A DNA stretch of 64,000 nucleotides from Octopus sinensis (GCF_006345805.1 NC_043004.1:17980001-18044000); one strand, 5' to 3'; shown: positions 26,092 through 39,265, counted from the first letter of the stretch. A program made the numbers and translations. Notes: generated from the letters alone by a model not told the origin.

Positions 26092-27469
26092 TTCACTATA
26101 AAATTATTTTAGCATTTTCTATTTTTGACTTGTTTTTTCATATATATCAACTCGTGTGTTCCTTTTCACCCTTATACATATCATTAACCCACACGAGATA
26201 CAGAAAATGCCGACAAAAACAGACACAATCACCTCCATAAACGAAGAAATACTGAAAGAACTCAAGAAAATCAACACAAATTTGTCAACTTTTTTGAACA
26301 AATTCGACTTGACACTTCAACCCAATCGAGAGAACAATGAGGAAACAGATACGAAAAATACAACCTCCGAAATTGTCGAAAACCTTGGAAACTTATGCGA
26401 AACAATTAGAACATTTTTCTCTAACAACGCTAACCAAGGACCTCCAAACGCGTCAATATAGGGGATCAATACTCTAACAACATACCAAATGAAACACCAC
26501 ATAATACCACAATGGAACAAATCACTCAGAGATAGAAAGTTCACCTTTTGGAAGATGATCCCAAACAACAACAAAGCGGATATATACGAAAAATGGCTCA
26601 ACCGGACCCCGTTAATCCTCCCACGTAAATTCCAGTTCAAAGCTATTACAGAAGAACCTGAAACACAAAGACACCTCAGGGAGAGAATGGCACTGGAAAA
26701 AATAAAATGGAAATAGAAATCTGAAATTGAGGGCCCAAACGAATGAGGATAAAATAAAATCCACCGATGAAGATATCAACGAAGAAATTCGCAAAATGAC
26801 CCAAGGCCCAGATCAAGAGAAGTTCTCCAAACTATGGAAAGAGGACTGTGAAAAAGAAGAACTAAAATCTCTCCAACGCTGGGAGAAAAGCGCCACTTGG
26901 TTCTCAGACTATGAAGCCGTCTTTCAAACAGAGCACGCCTCCAACAACCCTTTCCAGAAAATAAGAAAACCAAAACAACACCCAAACACCGATACACACC
27001 TGTCTAAAAATCGGAACCTTCACTACTATCAAAAAAAGAATACAGGACCTAACCCTAACTCTGTAAGCAGCCAGCGATACAATATCAGGAATACCCCCAC
27101 TTCAAGCAGAGAAAGGATAAATCAACACCACAGCATAGACACTGCAACCTCATCCCCACCCAAAGGAGTTACCAACGAAATCTTCGTCCCATTAACCGGT
27201 TAAAACAACCATGCACAACAAACCCACACCACTTGCAATGATTACCAACGAAGGCCTCCTAGAACACCACACCCGAATATGGGATATCGGGATGCTCTCC
27301 TCAATACTGCTCCAAGAACACACACCATAAATCACAACAGGAGACCCCTAATCAACAAAGAACAACTATATACTAGCTACCGTCCCAACCACCGCATTCA
27401 TTTTTTAGACCCAATACGCGCAAACACAGAGACACAAGATAGCACCAAACAAGCAGGAGGAACCAAAAG

Positions 27470-29731
27470 TAATAAAAATTATTAATCTAACTCACAAGGA
27501 ACTAACAGCAAACCAAATAAACATACTTTCCAAAGGACTCAAGTTTACACCCACCCCACGACACCCCCAACTACAATGAAATGAAAGAAGACATCGCAGA
27601 ATTCTGCAGAAAATTAAGACTTACTGAGGAGCTATATGATAAATACAACGAGGACGAATCGTTAGCCAGAAATAGGAGTAACTACACCCCATCGAAAGGT
27701 AAGAATAAAACACTTGATGATTTCTGTGACCACATATCAAATTACCCATATCAACATATGCACAAACAAAAACACAAACCAAACTTCAGCAAAAAAGAAT
27801 GGGCTGAGTTGAACAAATTAAAACTAGATAAAACAATAACAATCAAAGAGGCCGATAAAGGGAGTGCTGTTGTCTTAATGGATACGACATTTTACATAAC
27901 TTTGGTACTTTCTATGCTGGAAAACACAACATACTATGAAAAGGCACAAAACTACAGTCAACAAAAAATAATGAGGGAACTAAAATCCATATTAAACCCA
28001 TACAAAGCAGGGCTCACCGACAAAGAATATGATTATATGACCAATTTCACAAGTAAAACTAGCCAATTCTACGGTATACCTAAGATCCACAAAAGTGAAA
28101 AAATAAGCAACGCATGCAAGATAGCTACAGACAAAATAATTAAAGTCCCTAATCCTAATGACCTCAAATTGAGACCCATAATAGCAGGTCCCGCATGCGA
28201 AACCCACCGCCTCAGTAACTTTTTAGACACCCTGTTAAAACCACTCCTCAAACATGTCAAAAGCTATATAAGGGACGACTTAGATATGCTCAATCACCTA
28301 CCGAATACTATAAACAAAAACACCATACTGGTATCCTTCGATGTAGTCAACCTCTACTCCAATATTCCCCACAACCTAGGACTAGAGGCAATCCAATTCT
28401 GGCTAGAGAATCACGCCAACGAACTACCACACCGCATCAAAAAAGAATTTGTGATAGAAGGGGTTAAATTCATCCTGGAAAATAACTTCTTCGCCTTCAA
28501 TGACAACTTCTACCGACAAAAATCGGGGACTGCGATGGGTACACGAATGGCCCCCTTCTTTGCCAACCTAGTCATAGGATACCTAGAGATCAGTCTGTAT
28601 CGTAAGGTTCTAGAAAGATATGGCAGCCCTTTCTCCATCTACATAGAAAACAACTGGAAGAGATATCTAGATGACTGTTTCATCCTTTGGCATAAAATAT
28701 AGAAAAACTCATAGAATTCCAGAAAATTTTAAACGGACTGGACGTAAACATCCAATTCACGATGGAATATAGCCAACAACAACTCCCCTTCCTCGATATC
28801 CTCATTAAGAAAGCTAATAATATAATAGAAACAGACATATACTATAAGCCTACAGACTCTAAGCAATATCTTCCATTCAATTCATGCCACCCCAGACACA
28901 CCAGGATGAATATCCCCTTCAATCTAGCAAAAAGGATATGCACTATAGTCTCTAACGCAAACACCAGAGACACACGACTACAAGAACTAAAAGATACCCT
29001 AATCACCAGGAACTATCCACCTTCACTTATTGACAAGTGCATTCAACGTGCCCTTCAACTTAACATCAAGGAACTGAGAGACATCCCAAATCAAAGAAAA
29101 ACTTACAACCAAAAGCCTTACCATACATCTCCACACACAACCCTCTCAATAACGAAGCCTTCGACACCATCCTCCACAACATACCCCTCCTAAAAAAAGA
29201 CCACAGAATGAACACAATCCTCCAAACACACACGATCATAAAAAGCAAAAGACAGCCTAGATCCATGAAAAGTCTCCTTACACAGCCCGAATTCACTCTT
29301 CAACACAGAAGCCGACAGTAAAAAAATGTGGAAGACCCAATTGCGGGATATGCGACTATCTAATTGAGGGATCAGAGTTCTCCTTCAACAGGGACAACGT
29401 TTTACAGTGAAAAGCAACTTCACATGTGCTTCGGAGAACCTAATATACTCACTAACTGCTCCGGGTGTCAAGAGCAGTACATAGGCCAAACAAAAAATGG
29501 TTTGCGTAAACGAATGGCCCTGCACAGATCCCAGAAAAATTCCCCAAAACAGAAAAATAGCTTTTAGCCAACACATAGATACTTGCGCCAACAAAAAAAA
29601 CACCAAACTTCAGAATTTTCCCCCTCTACCAATTTAGGGACGATACAACCTCGAGACAACGAATAAGTAAAGAAAATCTCTTTATTACAAAATACAAGCC
29701 ACTTCTTAACGGGTCTACGACAAACAATTAA
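27470..29731 (+). pseudogene. PLE reverse transcriptase + GIY-YIG endonuclease ORF, broken by a few 1-nt frameshifts
   Basis: IINLTHKELT..LSKGLKFTPTP start; ORFs 27581-28702 and 28762-29193; C-terminal YIGQTKNGLRKRMALHRSQ..KYKPLLNG stop at 29729-29731. Confidence 0.9.
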
Positions 29732-30470
29732 TATACCTCAACTTTAGAATAAAAGAAAAATATATATACACACACAAATATTACACTCCATAGATCCATT
29801 ACTAATCAGCCCCATCATAGCTATACTTACACCCATTCATATTCTCCCTTCTCTTGTTTTTTTCTTCTTCTTCTTCCTCTTCTTCTTCATCATCATCATT
29901 ATCATCATTATCGTCGTCATCATCATCACCACCATCATCACCACCATCTTCTCTTTCTCCTCCTCCTTCTTCTTCTTCTTCTTCTTCTTCTTCTTCTTCT
30001 TCTTCATCATCATCATTATCATCATCATCGTCGTCATAATCATCACCACCATCACCATCATCGTCATCTTCTCCTTCTCCTTCTTCTTCTTCTTCTTCTT
30101 CTTCTTCTTCTTCTTCTTCTATTCTCCACCCCCTACCCCTTAACTTTGTCACTAATGTTTTTTAGTATAACACCTACGCTAATTCTAAACAAGCCTGTCA
30201 ATATAAATATTCTCTGAATTGAACTGAGACTGCCAGCCGCCACTGACCATTCAAAATACGACCATCAGGGCACTCTCAGATTCTCCCACCCCCCTTTCCT
30301 CACCAGCCTCTTCTCTACTACCCTACCAAGAACTCACAACGACCTCCAACACACAAGTGCAAACAAGGGAGTCAGAGAAAGGCAGAATGCCACTTAAATC
30401 TGAACACTACTATAGAAATATTCTTTTAAAAAAACTTTTCTTCTAATTTTTCTAAATTTAATTATTAAAT

Positions 30471-30518
30471 CGTTACAGTTGAAAAGGTCTCAAAATGACC
30501 GAAACCGGTACTGAAATG
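30471..30518 (+). ncRNA. Minimal type I hammerhead ribozyme motif (U3:A8 variant) in the 3' pLTR
   Basis: Identical to 26044-26091. Confidence 0.75.
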
Positions 30519-30570
30519 TTCACTATAAAATTATTTTAGCATTTCTATTTTTGACTTGTTTTTTATATAT

Positions 30571-30609
<39 letters not shown>

Positions 30610-30946
30610 TACGACGGGTTCTTTCAGTTTCCGTTAACCAAATCCACTCACAAGGCTTTGATCGGCCCGAGGTTATAGTGGGAGACACTTGCTCAAGGTG
30701 CCATGCAGTTGGACTGAACCCGGAGACATGTGGTTTGTAAGCAAGCTACTTACCAAACAGCCTCTCCTGCACCTATATATTTATATATTATACATACACC
30801 TAACTGTATATGAGTGTATATATGTGTGTGTGTGTGTGTGTGTTGTGTGTGTGTGTGTATGAGTATATGTATGTGTGTGTATATATAAATATATATATAT
30901 ATATACATACACTCACACACATGTATATATATACACATATATATAT

Positions 30947-32703
30947 GTTTCGAGCCTACGCTCTTCCACAGAAAGAAACAAGGAGAGAAAATAAAGAATG
31001 TGTTGTGGCTAGCAATCCATCATGGCGAATGCCGGACAGAGTGGTCACACAGGAGATTGTGTATAAAAGTGTATGTATGTCGCGTGGAAAAGGGCTGGTG
31101 ACCTCGACGAGTGTTTATGTGTAGGTGTGTGGATGTGGGGGCTGGGAAGTGGTCAGTGCTAGTGTGTGCGTGGTGGTGTGATGCGATGTGGTATCGTGGT
31201 GTGAGGTGGGGGAGGCGAGAGTGGGGAAATAAGGGTGGGGTGTTGGTTAGGCTTAGGGTGGGGTGTGGGTTAGGCTTAGGGTGGGGTGTGGGTTAGGCTT
31301 AGGGTGGGTAGAGGTTGGTATGTGGGTTAGGCTTAGGGTGGGGGTAGAGGTGGAATATGTGGGAATGGGTGTGAGGGATGGAGTGGATTTGGATGGTATG
31401 GATATGGAAGGTGGGGTTGGATTGTGTAGGGGTGGGTGGGATTATGAGGGAGGGGTGACGATGAAAGGGGAAGGGAGTAGGAGTGGAGAGAAGAGAGGAG
31501 AGTAGGAGTGAAGAGGAATCGGAGTAAGAGATGAGAGGTGGGTAGGAGGAAGTAGGTATGAAGTGGAGTGAGTGGAGGGGAGGAGGTTAGATGAAGAGGT
31601 GGGGAGAGTTGAGTCCATGTGGCGCAAAGGAGCGAAGAGAGAAGATTAATCCCTGTCCACTGCCCAAACGGGAGTCAGGATGGCCCCTGTTCAAGGACAA
31701 TCCGAACACAGAGTGATCAGTAGAGCGGAAATGGCGCGAGACCGGGGTGTCATTGCCGAGTCGTATGCCTCGAAGGTGCTCCGCGAACCGGTCAGACAAG
31801 CGGCGTCCATTTCGCCCGATGTATAGAGAAGGGTAGAGAGAGCAGGAGATGCAGTAGATGACATTGGTAAAAGTGCAGGTGAAGGAGTCGGTGATGTGAT
31901 AGCGTCGATAATGGGTGCCGGTGAGGAGGGTGGTGTTGGAGAGGTAAGGGCAAGTGCAGCAGCGTGGACGGGAGCAGGGGAACGAGCCGGGTGTGGAGGT
32001 TGAGTTAGGAAAGAAGCTGTGGACCAAGAGGTCTCGTATGTTTTGGGCTCGTTTGAAGGAGAGGAGGGATCGGTTAGGGAAGATGTGCGAAGTGAAGGGG
32101 TATGACTGGAGTTGCGGAAGGCACGGAGAATGGTGCTTTGGAGAGGTAGAGTGGTGGGGTGGTAGGTGAGGGAAACGGGAGACGGTGGGGTGGGTGCAGG
32201 GGAGAGAGCAGATGCACGATCCACAGAACGTGCTCTGGCAAGGGCGGTGTGGATGATGGTGAGGGGATATCCACGTAGGATGAAGTGGCGAGCCATGAGA
32301 TGAGGCTGAGTCTCAAAGTCATGATCGTCACTGCAGAGCCTGTGTTGACGGAGGAATAGGGGATGGAAAGCTTGGTGTATTTAGGGTGGGAGGAGGAGAA
32401 GTTGAGGTACGAGTGTGGTTCTGTGTGTTTGTAGTGGATGGATGGAGGTGGTTAGAGTGGAGTGATGAATGCTGACTGAAATATCAAGAAAGGAGACAGT
32501 GGAGAGCCGGATGGAAAGATTTGACAAAAGAGAGGAAGGAGACAAGATGTTCGCGGAAGAGTGAGTTCGCACCGATACAGTCGTCAATATAACGGCCGTA
32601 TAGTTCGAGAGTGGGACCAGTGAAACTTGAGAATATTTTGGCCTCAACGTAGCCAACGAACAGGTCCGCATAGTTGGGACCCATTCTCGTTCCTATACTT
32701 GTC
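30947..32703 (-). mobile_element. Second, 5'-truncated and degenerate Neptune-type PLE
   Basis: GTRMGPNYADLFVGY..RYIDD RT fragment; CSRPRCCTC linker; IYCISC..YIG..RLSDRFAEH GIY-YIG; pyrimidine-rich 3' UTR ending in GAGC-GTAG-GCTC-GAAAC. Confidence 0.85.
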
Positions 32704-32859
32704 TGTATATATATAAAATACATATACGTATCTGTGTGTTGTGTATGTGTATATATATGTGTGTATATATATATGACATATATAAAATACCTATGTATGT
32801 AGTATGTATGTATGTATGTATGTATGTGTATATATATATGTGTGTGCGTGCATGTCATT

Positions 32860-33060
32860 ATATCGTTTATTTCAATAGAGAAAGAATCAGTTTCTAACCT
32901 AGATCCAAGGTTCTTTCCTTGGAATTTCAACATCAATAACAACAGTATTTTTGTATGTATGTATGATTTATGTATATATTCTCATGCATACTTATCTAGA
33001 CATGCTCATATACGTTTAAATGATAAACATCTGGAAGGTTTTACAGATTTTTACCGTTCC
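32860..33060 (+). repeat. Unclassified interspersed repeat, second copy at ~58855-59090
   Basis: Shared GTTTCTAACCTAGATCC..GAATTTCAACATCAA..TTCTCATGCATA..AATGATAAAC..GTTTTACAGA. Confidence 0.65.
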
Positions 33061-33089
33061 AATGATGGATTGGATCTGTAGTCTTCGAA

Positions 33090-33720
33090 TTATCTTTCTC
33101 CTTTCTGGTTTTGAGAAGACTAATTTCTCAAGATTGGTATTTAGGCAGTGTGTTACATACCCAGGACACCAATAATTACAGGTATACCCTGAACTTTTAA
33201 TCTGGATAGAGTAACTGTAGATTTTTCAATAGTTAAGTATAGGTACTTTTATTATGAGTGGCTATGGTTTGTACCATATTGTGGGGTTTTATTTCTTTGT
33301 CCACAGGATTATCCTTCCGACAGATTTCATTATAGTGTCCTAGCTACAACGTCATTTCTTATCGGTAGATGATACCGTGATGACATTTTTGGACAACTGC
33401 TTACGATGTGGGTGATATCTTCAGTGTGAACTCCACAAAGTCTGCATCGGTTGTCACATTTTACAGAATTGCCTGTCTCTCTATCCCTTTTGTGCATCAG
33501 GTACTTGGTTGATATTTCCTGTTTCTGGATTGCAAACGCATACCCTTCAAAGTGAGAGGTAGTAATCCGGCTATTGGTCCATGATAAACTGCTTTGATGA
33601 TCGATGTTACTATCATCACGGAGCTTTCTACTAACATATCCATGCATAGTCTTCTGCTCATATAGACTCATCCTTTCATTTGATGATACGTTGCAGTAGG
33701 CTGTCAGGAGATATGTTTAT
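33090..33720 (-). mobile_element. R4/Dong-like (RLE-type) non-LTR fragment
   Basis: CRLCGVHTEDITHIVSSCPK..YHLPIRNDVV: CCHC motif region upstream of the RLE domain. Confidence 0.7.
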
Positions 33721-33974
33721 GAAAAGATGGAAGCCTGTGGTGTGCAAGCTGGGTATGAGTAGCACCAGGTAGGTGGGGCCGGGTTGAAAAGTAAAGGTTC
33801 TACCCAGATGGCTGGGTGCCTTGCATTCGACACGATTTATATGAAAAATTTTAAACTTGTTAATTTTTTTGTATAATTTATTGTTCATAATTTCATTCGT
33901 TATTTGATTAGTAATTTTTAATCGCTAAAGGCTTCTTCACCCTCTGTGTTTGTATGTCCTTGTTTGTCCCCTCT

Positions 33975-34058
33975 TTGTAAATGCCTTCTACTATAGCCTC
34001 GGGCCAATCAAAGCCTTGTGAGTGGATTTGGTTGACGGAAACTGAAAGAAGCCCGTCG

Positions 34059-34100
<42 letters not shown>

Positions 34101-34589
34101 GTGTGTGTGTGTGTGTGTGTATTTGTGTCTATGTTTGATCCCCCACCATCGCTTGACAACCAATGCTGGTGTGTTTACATCCCCGTAACTTAGCGGTTCA
34201 ACAAAAGAGGCCGGTAGATTAGGTAGTGGGCTTAAAACGAATAAATCCTGGGCTCGATTTGTTCGACTGAAGGCGGTGCTCCAGCATGACTGCAGTCAAA
34301 TAACTGAAACAAATAAAAGAATTGGCTGCTACTGTGTTAAATTAAACCAAAAATTGAGAAATAAAATTTTTTTAATCACATTCAATAACTAATAAAATAC
34401 AAACACAAATTATGATTTACCAGGCAAACTGACAGTAAAAAACGAAAACAACCGTTTTTACGTGAATCAATTATATTCAAAGATTAAACGACTGCAACCA
34501 ACGACAGTCTTCAAACCATCAGCTTAAAACATAAAAACTAATAAAATAATGTACTCACACACACTGTATACAATAATTTCATTATCATT

Positions 34590-34630
<41 letters not shown>

Positions 34631-34855
34631 CACACACATGCATACATATGTGTGTGTGTGTGTATACATATGTTACGATATCGAATCAAAGTATTTTCAT
34701 GGAAATTATAGGTGTTGATTTTGTACGTAAAACAGTAAAAGTTGAAAGTTAACTACAAACAAGCAATCAATTTAAACGTAATGAATTTTAAGTAAATCAA
34801 AACACTTGTTATACACACACACACATGTGTATACACACACACACACACACACACT

Positions 34856-34913
<58 letters not shown>

Positions 34914-35311
34914 TATACGAAAATACACAGTCACCATGTACTCATATACAAACAAACATATTAACAAGAGAATTATACACCTAGATAAATAAGAAAAAAT
35001 AAAACTCAAATATTGACATATTACATACACCAATATAAGTGTACAAGAATGCGCAAATATGTGTATATACATATATGTATGAGGGAGAGACATAAATAAA
35101 ATGTGATACAGACCCAGACTTCACAAACTTTAACAGAGTACATAGACGTAGGCGTGGATATGTGGTAAGAAGCTTGCTTCTCAACCTCAAGGTTCCAGGT
35201 TCTGTTCCATTGTGTGGAACCTTGGGCAGGGTAAAGTGTCTTCTACTATAACCTCGAGCCGACCAAAGTCTTGTGGGTGGATTTTGTAGACGAAAACTGA
35301 AAGAAGCCCAT

Positions 35312-35355
<44 letters not shown>

Positions 35356-36090
35356 TATGTTCGTGTGTCTCGCCACCTCCCCATCATAACTTGACAATCG
35401 ATGTCGGTGTGTTTACGCCCCCGTAACAGTGGTTCGGAAACAGACCGATAGAATAAGTACTAGGCATACAAAGAATAAGTCCCGGGGTCAATTTATTCGA
35501 CTAAAGGCGGTGCTCCAGCATGACCACAGTCAAATGACTGAAACAAGTAAATAAAAGAATATATACTACACACACACACACATATATATATATATAAAGT
35601 ACAACCCCAGACTTAACAAACTTTAATAGTGCGTACACTAGTAACTATTCACTCACAAAACTCCTGCCACTTAACATGAGGAACCTACATAGCTAACAAC
35701 TTAAACTTTATCCACTGGACTACATACAAATGACTCCTCTCTACTCTCCCACCAGACAGATTAAATTTGGAGTGCCTTGATTGTACCTAAACGTGTTCAC
35801 TCAATCGTGTCGGCCTTCATTTCAGGCTCAAAATATATCGCACGTGACACTAACGCACGGACGTAGCAGAAAACGTACAGAAGATTCTAAACTTAATCAC
35901 GTGTTCTTTCTTTACAAACACTTAATAAAAAACATTCACGCACGCACACACATATAATACGACGGGCTTCTTTCCGTTTCTGTCTACCAAATCCATTGAC
36001 AAAGTTTTGGTCGGCCCGAGGCTATACTAGAAGAAACCTGCTCAAGATGTCACGCAGTGTAACTGAACCCAGAACCATGTAGTTGAGAAG
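33975..36090. mobile_element. SINE-A copies: + ~33975-34320, + ~35148-35560, - head fragment ~35958-36090
   Basis: Homology to family A. Confidence 0.75.
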
Positions 36091-36189
36091 TCAAATGTAC
36101 TGTTATAAATTCACTCTCTGATACCTCCATGGTATCATCTGGTGGAGGTAACAATTTTTTACGAAACAGTGTTTTCAGTTGGTGCCACA

Positions 36190-37255
36190 GCTTTCAAGGG
36201 GGTGGGTGGTTTTGTTTTTTTAGGGGCTTCAGCGTGCATGGGGCTGGGCTTTTTCTATGCTTTGTTTAGGGACTGGCACCGCAACAACGGGGGTGGGAAT
36301 TTTTTGTATTTGTAGGGATTCGTGTGTTTGCAGGGGTGGGGATTTGTTATTTGAAGTTCCTGGTGTTTGCGACAACTTTTCTCTACGAATGTGGCCCTTT
36401 TTTCCGCATTGGTATCAGGTGGGCTTTCTGTCTTCAACCTGTACGCTAAGGACTACATTCTCCTCGACGAGCACGTTTTCAGGAAGGAATTGAAGGTCCT
36501 CCTGTGTCTCCTGAATTAATACCGTAATGTTCCGTCCGAGCCAATTCTAGGAGGGGGGGAGCATGTAATCTGTAATATTTTTATTTGGCTCGCCCTGTTA
36601 AACAGGGCGGCAACCACTTCTTTAGGATCCACTTCAGGTAGTACTTCATTGACTTTTATACGGGACGTTCTTCGTCCCATATAAGTCGGAAGGAGTATCA
36701 CCTCTTTGGAATTCAGGGGACACACGGAATGCCCCCGGGCCACCTCTTCCCCTGAGAAACGGACCGATATATACTTTATCCTCCCATATCGGGGATAGGC
36801 GTTTTTCAATCTCTTTTTCGAAGTGTTTAAACCTTCCGTCTTGTGGACAGGTTTTAAACACTACAGTCCACTTCTCAATCTCTAACACAGTGGAGGAGGG
36901 TGATATCACAACATCACCTCCCTCCTCCTTCATTCTTTTAAAATATTTCTGTAGCATACCTACAGGAATATCAATATTTTCGATTGCCATTGCGGCAACC
37001 GCCGAAAACTTTTAAACAGTGTTGGCACAACTGCCAACATCAACGTTGCTCTCTACAAGAGCACATTTTCCATGGATAATTTCAACCGACATGGTTGAAA
37101 TTAATACAAATACACAAAAAATTTTATTTGTTTCCCACAAAACTGGGAAACCTATAAAAAAAGTTTTCCTCTCGAAGAGGACAATAATTTTAAAAATATA
37201 ACAGTCCAACAAAAAAGTTCAAATCCCACCCTGTTAGTGGTAGGAGCACAAAAAA
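36190..37255 (-). mobile_element. Decayed ORF1 (gag-like, CCHC knuckle) of an L1/Tx1-like LINE; ORF2 absent
   Basis: Frames give ..PTYMGRRTSRIKVNEVLPEVDP.. and VQVEDRKPT*YQCGKKGHIRR (zinc knuckle); clade assignment by pattern only. Confidence 0.55.
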
Positions 37256-37264
37256 ATAATCTAG

Positions 37265-37917
37265 AAAGACTATTCACTGGTCCAATTTGAATGATTTTTG
37301 GTCCACTGAAGACGTTTGCCCATATTCGCTTCAGAAACCCATGGCTTCTTCCTGGCTTTACAGCCTTTCAGACCGTACTCTACAAGCCTTCTTCTAACAG
37401 TTGATATTTCTGAAATACTTGCCTCGTTTCTGTTTCTGAGCGGCTGATGGATGATAGATCTGTCATCACGAAGTGATGTAACTTTTTTTCTACCTTTTAT
37501 TTATATAGTCTTCACATCTTTTGTCTCCTTGAAGTGCTTGAGAGCCGTTTGCCCCGCACATCGAGAACATTTCATCTTGTGAGCAGTTTGCCTTTGAGAC
37601 ATTCCATCTTCATGATGAGCTACGATTTGACCACGCTAACACTCACTCAACTCCCTTGTTTTAGGCATTTTACTGCTTATTAACTGTAACTATAACGTAT
37701 TTTAGCATAAAACTCTGAAATAATCAAGGAAACATAAGTTAATTTTGGACGTTGGTTGCATATGTACAGTACAGTTTAAGGAGGGTCAACCAGATATTAA
37801 AACTAATGTATATTGTGAAATTTACCTCAATCTACCATGTGCACGAGTTTCATTAACATTGAGATAGCAGAAGCCCAAAATATTGAGGTGGCCTAATACT
37901 TTTGGCCAAGGCTCTAT
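37265..37917 (-). mobile_element. Tc1-like transposon relic (N-terminal HTH half)
   Basis: Translates to GMSQRQTAHKMKCSR..STVRRRLVEYGLKGCKARKKPWVS..KRLQWTKNHSNW; TIR-like CCTAATACTTTTGGCC near 37890. Confidence 0.65.
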
Positions 37918-38699
37918 ATACATACACTCACATACATTATATGATAGATAAAGAGATAGATGTCCGTCCGTATGTTTATGTGTATGAGTGTGTATATAAG
38001 TGTGTATGTGTGTATATATGTGTATATAAGTGTGTGTGTGAATGACGTGTACCAATATACACTTTGGTTTATTTCAAATTTCATACCGACCAAATTGATT
38101 GTCGACATGGTTGACAGCAACTTTTCCCCTTTATATCTCATTCAATATCAATATCTACGAAATTTATGAATGCATTTTGGTCAATAATAAAATATAACAT
38201 TAATAAAATATAATATTATATTACGTAGTTTTTCATTTGTAATATATTGCTCGTTGTCGTTTGTTCGTTATTCAAGTAATTCGTTTACACATGACATACT
38301 AGTGCCTCATGTTTTTACGTTGTACAGTAAATCACGACTTCTGCTAGCCTTTAATTGGGTATTAATTAATAACTCTTGTCTTTATTGTCTTAATATATCT
38401 ATATCGATTTGTGCATCTGTGTATGTGCATATTTACAGTATGTATATGTGCATACAAATAAAGAAGTATAAGTGCATGTGTCTGCGTATGTGTGTGAGAA
38501 AGAGTGTACTTAAAATAAATACAGTATCGAATTTGTTCAACCAAAGTTTTCCAGGCAGTACCCCAGCATGGTTGTAGTACAATGGTTGAAACATGCTTGT
38601 TTTTATTTTTACATGCATGTGTGTGCGTGTGTGTCGGGTGGGGTAGTGTGAATATGAATAAAAATTAAAGCATTCAATATTAATATTCTACAATAGGAA

Positions 38700-39265
38700 A
38701 GCCGCTAGCAGGCAGAATCGTTCGGACACCGGGCCGAACGCTTAGCGGCATTTCGTCCGTCTTCACGTTCTGAGGTTAAATTCCGTCGCGGCCGACTTTG
38801 CGTTTCATCCTTTTGCAGTCGATAAAATAAGTACGACTTGAGCATTGGAATCGGTGTAATCGACATAACCCTTCCCCAAAATTGCTAGGGAAGGGGTAAG
38901 TCCAATATTCTACTATAGACACAAGGCCTGAAATTTGAAATTACAGCGTCTCCTGTACTTAAATGGTACTTATTTCATTGACCCTGAAAGATAAAAGGCA
39001 ATATCAACCTCGGCAGAATTTGAACTCAGAACGTAAAGACGATTGAAATGTCGCTCAACATTTTGTCCGGCGTGCTAACGATTAATAATACATTAATGGC
39101 CGCAAGCGTAGCTGTGTAACATGAAGTTTGCTTCCCGACTACAAGGTTCCAGGCTCAGACTCACAGCATGGTACTTTGTACATGTGTCTTCTACTATAGC
39201 CTTGGGCCGACCAAAGCCTTGTGGGTGGATTTGCTGACGGAAACAGTAAGAAGCCCGTCGTATAT
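38700..39265. mobile_element. Degenerate SINE-B (+ ~38700-38885, - ~38905-39085) and SINE-A head (+ ~39095-39265)
   Basis: Homology to the families above. Confidence 0.65.

Larger units (their letters stand above)
26027..30570 (+). mobile_element. Near full-length Penelope-like retroelement (Neptune-type) with direct pseudo-LTRs
   Basis: Direct repeats 26027-26142 and 30454-30570; upstream ORF fragments 26156-27203; RT motifs (SFDVVNLYSNI, GTAMGTRMAP, RYLDD, LPFLD); CxxxxCxxC linker; GIY-YIG. Confidence 0.92.
24224..30773 (-). mobile_element. SINE family A split by the PLE complex (body 24224-24420; head 30609-30773)
   Basis: Halves in correct order and orientation, with microsatellite flanking the PLE insertion. 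Confidence 0.7.

Noticed and set aside
29802-30152. Acidic poly-E/D ORF (and poly-K/M, poly-S frames, also at 25024-25248)
   Set aside because: GAA/GAT trinucleotide tract in the PLE 3' UTR.
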